Of a DNA stretch of 59,310 nt, positions 1 through 11,800 are shown piece by piece. The position numbers and the translations under genes are program-made. The stretch comes from Octopus bimaculoides (Eukaryota), in contig NC_068984.1 in the NCBI RefSeq assembly GCF_001194135.2, forward strand, positions 74,857,821 to 74,917,130. Direction: 5' to 3'. The notes under the pieces were generated by a model. The model was not told the origin of the DNA. It did no database searches and worked only from the letters and a program-made list of their open reading frames with translations. How positions within the stretch are numbered: position 1 is the stretch's first letter; every line of letters starts with the position of its first letter.

Positions 1-174
1 ATATATATATATATATATATATATACATACATACATACATACATACATACATACATACATACATACATACAAACATACATACATACATGCATGTATGTAT
101 GTATGCATGCATGTATGTATGAAAGCATGTATTTTGCTGAGATATATAAATCTACACTTCAATGTATATTTGCA

Positions 175-360
175 ATTGCGGCACGCCGTGCGAAATGCTT
201 AGCGGTATTTCATCTGTCTTTACGTTCTGAATTCAAATTCGTCCGTGGCCGACTTTTCCTTTCGTGGTCGATAAATTAAGTGTCAGTTGCGGATTGGGGT
301 CGATCTAATCGACGTGCCTCTTCCCCCAAAATTTTGTGCCTTGTGCCTAGAGTAGAAAAA
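175..360 (+). mobile_element. tRNA-derived SINE, family A (Octopus-type), 5'-truncated
   Basis: gaaatgcttagcggtattt...ttcaaattc...gtcgataaattaagt...ccttgtgcctagagtagaaa; matches other copies in the window. Confidence 0.8.
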
Positions 361-407
361 AAAAGCAAAAAATATATATTTGCACATATCTTAACATTTT
401 TCTTCAG

Positions 408-521
408 ATCACACCACAGAACATCAATCTATGCCCAATGGTCATGACTTTGGAGAATTTAGCACTGTCCACAAGGAAAATACTCACCATGGCGGTTCTG
501 GACATGATGCCCTTCAAGAAA
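408..521 (+). CDS. E1, 114 nt: xHTTEHQSMPNGHDFGEFSTVHKENTHHGGSGHDALQE
   Basis: catttttcttcag|AT...GAA A|gtaatc; phase 1-1; flanks paralogous to E2. Confidence 0.8.
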
Positions 522-1666
522 GTAATCGATGCTCAATTTTTCAATATTTTATGATTCTATACTGCCAGTGATTTTATTTTATCATTTAGTCAGAAAACGG
601 TCACGAACAATCAGAACAAAAATATTTTGAAAAATTATAACATTTTCCGGGAGTAATATAACAATTACTTACCATGAATCGATGTTATCCTCAGTTGAAG
701 TGTGTCAGTTGGTGCATATATGTAGGTTGCTTCATTCTCTTCCTTTCCATTTTATCTTTCCTTAACCAACACCAAGTCAACCAGAGACTATATATCTCCA
801 GCAAAACAGGCCTGTGTTGGTTTGTGACGGCGTAACTTTTATTGTTTAGTAAAATCGCTAAAAAGTGCGCAGTGAACATGCTGTGAGCAGGGAAAATTTT
901 CGGATAGAATCCTCCATCAGAAAATTTCGGATAGAATCTTCCATCAGAAAAAAGTTAACAGGAGGGAAATTAACGAAAACCAGCAGAATTTTACATCTTC
1001 TAAAAAAAAATGGCTTCTACTGTGAGGAACACAGGAAAATGGGAGCTTTAAACGTGAAGACGATGTCGTAGGAAAAAAGAGAGTGTGAGAGGTAGAAAGA
1101 AAAAGACATGCAATGACGATGAGAAGCGGATGAAGTCGAGAGTAGGGTGATGGGAGATGAGATGGAAAGGATGTTGAAGAATAAGAAAGGGTTTAGTGAA
1201 CCAAGAGGAATTGTAAGAGTAGAAGAAAATTTGTTCGTTTAAGCCTGTGGGTGACATATCACCAAATTCGAATATGAAGCGTTGTTCCATCCATTTCCTT
1301 GAGAATGTGGATCCATGGTGTTCTATTACTGATAAGTTACTACGGGAATGGCGTGCAATTTTGAAGTGAGTGGTGACAATTTGTCCTAGTAGTATGTTTC
1401 GAATGGGATGCTGAATGTGATCGGCAAGGCATCGGTAAGGTATCAACTAAACAACAGTAAATATAACGGTGGTACAGCTCTGGAATGGATTCAGTGAATA
1501 ATGCAAATATTTTTTTTTTCAATCCGGCCCACAACGAGGTTGACATATTTGGTATCCATCCTAGTTCCACCCCCACTGACTACTTTGTAAAACTTTGCAT
1601 TTTTCACTCTCCACGCCAAGTTCACTGTATTCGTTTTATAGATTTTACCATATATANNNNNNNNNN

Positions 1667-1700
<34 letters not shown>

Positions 1701-4700
1701 GAAAGTAAGCACATAAATACGAAACAAATTGGGGAAAAATAGTACTCGAATACCAGAGGTAGAGTAATATGTCTTATTATTAAAGCTGCGAAAACATCAC
1801 AAAAATATCACAAAAAACTGCCACTCGTAATTTCAGATTCCCGTTCGTCGGACAGTTTTGATTGATAATATACAATTTACATTGACAGATACACATTTGA
1901 AATTGGTTTCGTATAGTTGCTCCCTTCAACTAACATTTTTTAAAAGAAACGGTGATATACATAAAATTAAAATTAAGTCATTTAAAAATCATATAATTGC
2001 CAATAACGTGTGGCATCCTATATGGGACAGTGCTACTGACGTTTATAGCCCCAGGAAGACATCTCTTCCAGCTGGCTAACGACACACATTCTGTGTCGGA
2101 TTAGTATTTGCGAGGGGAGGTCATCACTCTCCTCCCTAGCTTTACGGACTCGAGTTTTTGGGTGGTTACCCGTCCTCAACGCGTGTTAATCACCAGCTAG
2201 TGATAAAACTCACTCCACTCGCAAAATACTATATGCTCTTTCCAGCAACGAACCTTCGCTGATCTTGAAAAAGGAAAAATAAGCTATATAAAATCTCTAA
2301 GCGAGAAGTAAACAGCAGTAATACGGGATCGTAACGTATAATTGCCAACCAAGTGCGGCATCCTGTACGGGACATTGCTACTGGCGTTAATAGCCCCAGG
2401 AAGACATCTCTTTCAGCTGACTAATGACACGCATTCTGTGTCCGAATAGTATTTGCGAGGGGAGGTCATCGCTGCCATAGCTTATTTCTCCATTTTCGAG
2501 ATCAGCGACGGTTCGTCGCTGGAAAAAGCATGTAATATTTTGCGAGTGGGGTGAGTTTTCATCACTAGCTGGTCATTAACATACGCTGAGGACTGGTAAT
2601 CACCCAGAAATTCCAGTCCCTGTGTATCACGTAAGGCTAGGGATGGGAGTGATGACCTCCCCTCGCAAATACTAATCGGACACAGAAGGTGTGTCGTTAG
2701 CCAGCTGGAAGAGATGTCTTCCTGGAGCTATAAACGCCAGTAGCACTGTCCCGTATAGGATGCCACATTTGGTTGGCAATTATGTGTTACGATTCGGTAT
2801 TGCTACTGTTTACATCTCACTCAGAGATTTAATATAGATTTAAATATCATATTATGTAAAATCGAAGAAACCGTTAAACTAAAAGTTGACTTTAGATAGA
2901 AAGACATGCATAATTAGAGTAAATTAATTGATGGTAAAATAAATTTAATTAAAATAATATAAGTGTTTATAACAAAATATTCACTTACAGAGATCTAACA
3001 GCATAAAAATAAACACACGTTGATCACGTACAAATGTATAAAAATATTCACTTATACATACACACACACAAAAAGAAAAACATATACCTACGTATATGCT
3101 CTAAACCTCTAAACATACAAACGTTAACGCATGCATACATACATACAAATATATAGGCAAAATGTAAATATGAATGTATATAGTAATGTATATATAGGTA
3201 TCTACATACATATATATATTCATCATACGTCTCCGTGCGTCTGTTCTAAATGCACAACTTTGTTGCTACAAATTAGGAAAAAGAATCAGAATAAGTAGTG
3301 ATGGGAGGAAGTTCTATAGAATTTTTAATAGGAGAACGCTGAAGGTTAGCTATTCTTGTTGCAAGAGCTTTGCCTCTTTAATTAAGCAGCATAACAGGAA
3401 AATCATTCGAAGCAACTACAGTGCCGGAAATAACCAGAAGTATTGTTATTCAATGATCAAAGTTGCTGTCCGTTAGAGGGAAATTGTCTTGAGAAAGGAA
3501 TAGTCTATAGAGATAAGGTACAAATAGACGGCTCACAAGAATACAAAACATATAGTGGAGCTTCGTAAAATTCCTTTAATATTAGATTATATTCCCACCA
3601 AAATTCATTTCGATACCCCGAAAATAGGACAGCAATAAATTACGCTAAACATATCTAACAACTGAAAGAAAATGATGCTCGACCTTTCAAAATCAGCTGG
3701 ACAATCTTGGAGAAAGCAAAACCATATAAACATGGAGCATATAGGCGCCCAATGAGTTGCAGTTTGTGCCTGACTGAAAAGCTCTTCATCCTGTTCCAGC
3801 ATAAATACGCACTGAACCAAAGACGGGAGCTTTTAAATACCTTCAGACAAGCTACGAGGTATAAAAAGTGGAATGAAAAAATACCGTACGGATAATATTG
3901 ACTTTCTCATTTGATTTTGGCTTTTCACCTAAATACATGCATCATTTAGTATTACATTCATTGTACATTTTTTTTGCCTTTTACATTTTACATTTTTCGA
4001 CTTTCAAGTAAACCTTCGACTGTTTATGAACTATTATTTTACTTTATTTCATTATTTCATTACTTTTATAATATTCTAATTTTATTTTTATTGTTTTATT
4101 GCTGCTATTGCTTTTATATTCACAGTTTTTAGCCATATGATCGTTCTTTCATACTGCAATTTAGCCCAAAATATACCTCAATTTTGATTTTTAATGCATA
4201 TCTTTAAAAGTCCATTTACAATCGCCCAAAATATTTTTTAAGATATCAAACACCCGAATGGATGTTTCCTTTTTTTTATTATACCTTCTTTTTATTATTG
4301 TTATGATTTTTTTTTCTTATTTACTTAATCACTTGCATTTATTTATCTGCTGTTAAGATGATGGTGCAGAGCTTTAGTGAGCTGAACAAAATATTTGACG
4401 AAAATTTAGCCAGTTGCTAAATTTCTGATTTAAATTTCGCAGAGGTCAAAATTTTAGAAAAGATTTATCATATTCATATTTATATTACATTAATTCATTG
4501 CGCTATTTTTTTTATTTTCAATATTCAATATACAAACAGTTTTAAATATAAACGTATGTGTATACACGTTATGGTGTATATATGTATATTTATGTGTATA
4601 TATGTATGTAGATACATATATGCGTATATGTTGATTTGTATATTTGAATGCGTGTATACAAGTGTGTTACTATTGTATATATGTATGTATTTTTGTGGAT

Positions 4701-4795
4701 ATGCATGTCTTTTCATGTGTGCGTTTGCAAGCTTATACAGAAGAGTTTTAACGTATGTCATTGTTAGATACTTTAAGAACGTTATTTTTCAAACC

Positions 4796-4829
<34 letters not shown>

Positions 4830-5489
4830 TTCTATTTTTCTCTATCTTTTACTTTTTTCTTCCTCCAGCCACTTCTTTTACTGATTTTTTTTCCTAATTT
4901 GTAGCAAGAAAGTTGTGCATTTAGAACATACGCACGGAAACGTATATGTATGTGTATATGTATACACACACACACACACACACACACNNNNNNNNNNNNN
5001 NNNNNNNNNNNNNNNNNNNNNNNNNNNNNNNNNNNNNNNNNNNNNNNNNNNNNNNNNNNNNNNNNNNNNNNNNNNNNNNNNNNNNNNNNNNNNNNNNNNN
5101 NNNNNNNNNNNNNNNNNNNNNNNNNNNNNNNNNNNNNNNNNNNNNNNNNNNNNNNNNNNNNNNNNNNNNNNNNNNNNNNNNNNNNNNNNNNNNNNNNNNN
5201 NNNNNNNNNNNNNNNNNNNNNNNNNNNNNNNNNNNNNNNNNNNNNNNNNNNNNNNNNNNNNNNNNNNNNNNNNNNNNNNNNNNNNNNNNNNNNNNNNNNN
5301 NNNNNNNNNNNNNNNNNNNNNNNNNNNNNNNNNNNNNNNNNNNNNNNNNNNNNNNNNNNNNNNNNNNNNNNNNNNNNNNNNNNNNNNNNNNNNNNNNNNN
5401 NNNNNNNNNNNNNNNNNNNNNNNNNNNNNNNNNNNNNNNNNNNNNNNNNNNNNNNNNNNNNNNNNNNNNNNNNNNNNNNNNNNNNNNNN

Positions 5490-5567
<78 letters not shown>

Positions 5568-8500
5568 ATATATGTATGCATGTATCAACATTTGTATGTT
5601 TCGTATATATATGTATGAATATGTTTTTCTTTGCTGTGTGTGTGCAAGTATAAGTGAATCTTTGTATTCATTTGTATGTGAACAACGTGTTTATTTTTAT
5701 GCTGTTAGATCTCTGTAAGTGAATATTTTATTATAAACAGACTTATATTTAAAATAAAGACTATTTGCCAACATAAGGTGGTTGTCCTAGATGGGACGAC
5801 TGTAACTGTTGCTTAGCTCCAGGAAACATCGTTTCCAGCTGGCAATACGACACAATATCTGTGTCCTTATATTTTCAACACAGGGATCCCAGCACCCCCA
5901 TCCAGCACAAAGCAACACCTGTAGATCGGTTTCTGAGTTATTGCCCTTTATCAGCACAGAGTAGCTGCTTGGCTATGTGGCGTTGTTGAAATCCCGTTCG
6001 AAAATATATAATTTTTAAAGTGACACACTTCACTGATCTAATAAATAGAAACATTATTATTTCTAAACCTCTCAAAGAGAAGTATTCAATAACAGTTCTT
6101 TAAAGTAAAAACTATTTGCCAACGTAATGTGGCTGTCCTGGATGGGATTATTGTTAGTGCTTTTTAGCCCCAGGAAACATTGTTTCCAGACAGCTATACG
6201 ACACAGTATTTGTGTCATTATATTTCCGAACAGGGAGCCCAGCACACTTATCCAGCTTAAAGCAACATCTGTTGACCGGTTCCTGGGTTATTGCCCTTTA
6301 TCGGCACAGAGTAACTGCTTGATTTTAATTAAATTTATTTTATTATTAATTAATTTACTCAAGGTATACACGTTTTCCTTCTAACTAAAGTTAATCTTTG
6401 ATTTAAGGTTTTCTTCAATTTTACATAATACGATTTTTAAATCTTTTAATTTTAATTATATATATATATATCACCGTTTCTTTAACAAAAACATTAGTTG
6501 AAAGGAACAATGAAATGAAGCCAATTTCAAATGTGTATCTGACAATGTAAATTGTATATTTATATATATAGCTCCAATTTTTCGTTCTATTCTCAATCAA
6601 AACTATTCAATGAACGGGAATGTGAAACTCTGAGTAGCAGTTTTAAAAAATATTTTTGTGATGTTTTTTGCAGCTTTAATAATAAAGTATATATATATAA
6701 TTACGCAAGCTACAAGGAATCTTGTGTAGCTCTGCGTCGGCAAGACATGAGAAAATATCGAAAGAAGCGAAAGGGGGGGGACAGTGAACTTGTAGTGAAG
6801 AGTAGAACATACAACGTTTCGGATGCAATCTTTCGTCAGGGGGTAGAGAAAAAGAGAAGTTGAAGAAAGACAGAGTTTTACATCATCTCAGCTTGAAAAA
6901 CTGACTACAACTGATAATGGACGCTGAATAACAAGGGCTGCAAACGTGAAATAGAAGTTATAGGAGAGGGCGTGCAGAAAGGAGGGGGAAAGGGTGATGG
7001 AAAGAGTAGACGTAAATAGGTACGAGAATGTTGCAGAGAAAAGATGGAAGGAGGATTAAAAAGGGTAAAAAGGAATTAAGAGGTGAAAGGATGAATGGAA
7101 AAACGTTCATTCACACCTGTCGGGGACATAGTGCCAACATAAAATATGAGACATTGCTCCTTTCCTTTCGTAGAGAATGGGTGTCTGTGGTACAAGGCCA
7201 TGCCACACACTGATAAATCTGCAATAGAATGATTCACAGTGTTGAAATGGGTGGCAACAGTTTGGCCTGGCATTCGTAGCATTATACTTCTGATGTGTTT
7301 GCGAATGCAATCCCCAAGGCGTTTTTCCTTTAATCCGTTCACCTCTTAATTCTTTTTTAGCCATTTTAATCCTCCTTTTACCCTATCTCTGCAACATTCC
7401 CGTATTTACTTAACTCTGCTCTCTCCATCACCCTTTTCTTCTTCCTCCTTTCTGCAAGCCCTCTCCTATAACTTCTGTTTCACGTTTGCATCCCTTGTTA
7501 TTCAGCGTCCATTATCAGTTGCAAGCAGTTTTTCAAAGTGAGAGGATGTGAAACACTTTCTTTCTTCAACTTCTCTTTTTCTCTTATAATTTACCCCCTG
7601 ACGAAAGATCGCATCCGAAACGTTGGATATTCTACTCCTCACAGCAAGTTCACTGTACTCTTTNNNNNNNNNNNNNNNNNNNNNNNNNNNNNNNNNNNNN
7701 NNNNNNNNNNNNNNNNNNNNNNNNNNNNNNNNNNNNNNNNNNNNNNNNNNNNNNNNNNNNNNNNNNNNNNNNNNNNNNNNNNNNNNNNNNNNNNNNNNNN
7801 NNNNNNNNNNNNNNNNNNNNNNNNNNNNNNNNNNNNNNNNNNNNNNNNNNNNNNNNNNNNNNNNNNNNNNNNNNNNNNNNNNNNNNNNNNNNNNNNNNNN
7901 NNNNNNNNNNNNNNNNNNNNNNNNNNNNNNNNNNNNNNNNNNNNNNNNNNNNNNNNNNNNNNNNNNNNNNNNNNNNNNNGTGTGTGTGTGTGTGTGCGTG
8001 TGTGTGTGTGTGTGTACACGTATATTATGTTTCACATTCTCATCTTGTCAAAGATATTTGTAACTCTCACCTGACTATAGAGTTTATATTATCAAGCGGT
8101 TGTTCATTTTTAGATTGTCAGAGGGAGGCACAGCTTTTCCACGTTTTGTTGTCTAGAATGTAGACTTGGACTCGCCAAATTACAATCCAGTGTCTGTAGA
8201 AAATTGTGTTATGAGGTCCAATTTCTTATTTATTTTTTTATTTGATCGATATTTGGCGTGTACAATTTCAGGTCGTCGACAAAGATGGGTGATAGTTCTG
8301 GATCGATTTCTATCATTACTATAATTTGTGTGTAGATATGATAATGAGTCCAATAATAATAAGAACAGCTTCACTGACAAGCTATCACTCTAAGAGATAC
8401 TTTTATGGTAATCAATGCTATCCGATTCAATTTGCTCCACATCACTCGTAAGGAGCAAAGTGATATACAAAGTCTTTGTCAGGCGTTCAACAGCACTTAC

Positions 8501-11500
8501 AATTAGTTGTGGGACTTTGACTAACTGTAATGCTTTGATAAGTTCCCACGTAATGCTTCGGTTAAGTTCTCACGTTGTTTTCTGATGTTTCTTTCCTGGA
8601 TCATTTTGTTAATTTGTAGCTGCTGTACACAGTCCCACACCTCCATTCTTCTAGCTTGCTCAAGTGTTATAATGCTGCTGGTAGCACTATGATAATGTGA
8701 GAAAAGATTGAGGCACCCAGTGTATGATTTATATGTGATGTTCTAGCAGGCTCTGAGGCGGTAAATTTGGCAAGGTTGGTTTGGCTATTCTGGGACATAA
8801 GGAGAGTCGATACAGTTGATAATCATTACGGCAGTTCTTATATGCTTTGATACATTCTCCATACAACCGTATGAGATCTCGTCGATAAATGGTGAAATTC
8901 TTCAGTCAGTAACTTGGTATGTGGTATGGGCCTGGAGGATTTCCTGTTCAATATTTTCCTTAGAACTGTTTCCATTATTTCGCCGTCTATTGCATATTGC
9001 TTTTGCTGGACATGCTGGAAGTATTCCTACTCCAGTTATTTTAGCCATACAGCTTGTTTGTTGAGTTGATTATTTGTTTCCCATACAGAACTCCAGTGGT
9101 CCTCAACCTGATATTTTGCGGGTGGGGTTTTAGTTTATGTTTTATAGAAGCGTTGACACCGTGATAAAATTACTTGAGATCCCTAAAATAATTTACTGAG
9201 CATTTGCCGTTTATATGCTGTAGATGTATCGTTTAGCTTTTCATTTGTAGCTGCAAGTTGTTGTTAAAGCTGGTCCAGTTTGAAGTTAAGGTTTTTGAAT
9301 CCTTTATCACCAAAATGTGTCTCTAGTTTCTTCTATGGTTTTCCTGTTGTCGTATGAAGTTGTTCTCTGTGTTACATTTCAACGATCTGTGAGATGTCTT
9401 CGCTGGAATAAATTTTATGTATGCGTGTACTTCGCTAAGATTTATGAATTTACACTTTATAATATATCTGCATATATCTTTACATTTTTTTTTTTCAGAT
9501 TACGGCAAAGATCGTATTATGGCCCATGATGTTCACGACGCTGATGAATCTCGAGGTTTTCACTTAGCACGTCCTCCTCACAGGGGCCTTGGTGGTATTG
9601 AACATAGTCTCACAAAACAAAGTAAGTATTTTGCTATACTGCCATTGATTTTATTTCCTTATATAGTCAGAAAACGGTTTCGAACTGGCAGCACCGTTAA
9701 AATGGTTCGCGGTTTTTCTTGCAGAAATTATGTCCTAGATTCTTATCTCGACGAGCTCAAACTTGCCTTTTATCGTTTCAGGATCAATCACATACAGTAC
9801 CAGTCAAGTCCTGTGGTCTATAGAATCGACTAAGTCCTCCTCCATAAGTTCTATCCTTATATCTAAATCAGAATCAATCACCTAGTGAGAAAGAAAACAT
9901 GCCTTGTATTTGATATATGTTTTAAGTTCTGAATGAAAATTTCTTTAAGGTTAAATTCTCTTCCTAGCTCTGAGTTAGAGATAAAGTAATGGCTGTTCCA
10001 ATCCACTAAATATTTGGCATTGTGTCTATGTAAAATAATACATTTTCATCCAAAAGGAATGGTCGAATGTTATAGCTCTATTCGTGTAATTTTGAAATCA
10101 CCATAGTTGACGTCCTATTTTATCTACTTGATCTTCTCAACGAATAGTGGACGAGGAAGAAGCTTCGAGTAAATGCATTTAGTGCATGATCTCTTAAAGA
10201 AAAATAGTATAGGAGTTGAGAATTACAAATATAAATATGTCGGATCTATATGCTAGTTTATAAACACGAGTGTCATTCTAGTAACTTTTTTCCTATTGAA
10301 TGGCAGGAAATCATAAAAGAGGCGGAAAGCGTGAAACGTTAATCAGAGCATTAGTTTATTCTAGCTCGATGTTTTTGTATCATAGACCCTGATCAATATT
10401 AATGAGTCGATAGATAAATTCCTATACTTTTGAATTGGCTATCCTGTTTATTTTCTTGTTATTTTTTTTTTTTTTGTTATATTCTGATATATTTATATTT
10501 ATGATTACCTTAAATGAAAAGAATTTTGCTTCTGTTAGCAATATTTCNNNNNNNNNNGGAATCCGGCCTGGGAGTCGTTTTCCGTAAGCGAGTCGAGGTT
10601 ATTCTGCTATTCGCTCTGGATATCGACATCGGTGTTAAAACGGTGACCTTTGAGCTGCATTTTCATCTTGGAGAAGAGATAGAAGTCCGTAGCTGCTAAA
10701 TCTGGTGAATAGTGTGGGACTGAAGTATTACTTTGTTGTTTTATTGCGAGAAACTCTTGAGTGAAGAGACCTCGGTGTTGAATCCAATTCTTAACCGCTC
10801 CACTTATTCGTTCGCTTTCCCTAAATGTCGTCCCTCAAACGCTTCAAAGCGTCGCAGTAGAACCCTCGATCGACGGTCTGGCTCTGTGTGACGAATTCTC
10901 AATGCACAATATGCACACATTTCCGATGGTAGCGCACATGCCATATCTTCCAGATCACTCATCGCCTTCCAGGGACGTTCTTCCGCTTTAGAAGCACCCG
11001 TTCCACTAAAAGACATTGCGTACGACCCATTATCTCGTCGCCGTCAGCCTGTTGAAGCATGCTCAATGTCTCTGTAGCAGACTTACCAAGTTTAACGCAA
11101 AATTTCACGTTGGATTTTTCTTCCTCTCTATGACAAAATCACACACTACAGCATACACATGATCACAAAAACTTAGATTTCACAACTTGCAAAGTAAACA
11201 CAGTGATGTCACTCGGCACACTGCCTCATAAAGATCACTGCTAGCTCTTACTGCGCACGGAACTATGTATTGCCATCTGTTGGCACGCTACACAACAAAT
11301 CCGGGAACTTTCTGACACCACCACGTGTATGTATGTATGTATGTATATATGTATGTCAAACAATTACTAAACATCCCCCTTTTTTATTTCGATAAATGTG
11401 TATCGATGCATCATGGAACGTATTTTCTTATTTCAAATTAAGGGAATTTGGTTTCTATTTCTAGGGAGTCATCCAAAGAAAAGCATGTGCGATCATGGTT

Positions 11501-11755
11501 CAAACAAGAATTTTTTGGGTAGGTGTATATCAAAGTAATTAATTAGATATATACTGTAATTTTAGACGATCTCAAAAATTGGGGTAAGTCGATTACATCG
11601 ATCCCAGTGCTCAAGTGGTTCTTATTTTATCGACCCCGAAAGAATAAAAGGCAATGTCGAACTGAATGGAATTTGAACTGAGAAATTAAAGATGGACGAA
11701 ATGCCGCTAAGCGTTTCTTCCAGCGTCCTAACGATTTTGCCACTTCACCGCCTTA

Positions 11756-11800
<45 letters not shown>

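Noticed and set aside
4832-5718. Long supplied ORFs made of X runs and (CV)n/(HT)n/(YI)n; similar ORFs at 7502-8074, 26521-27339, 42730-43486, 46767-47726 and 53281-53854
   Set aside because: Artefacts of N-gaps and dinucleotide microsatellites. The gaps themselves could hide further exons
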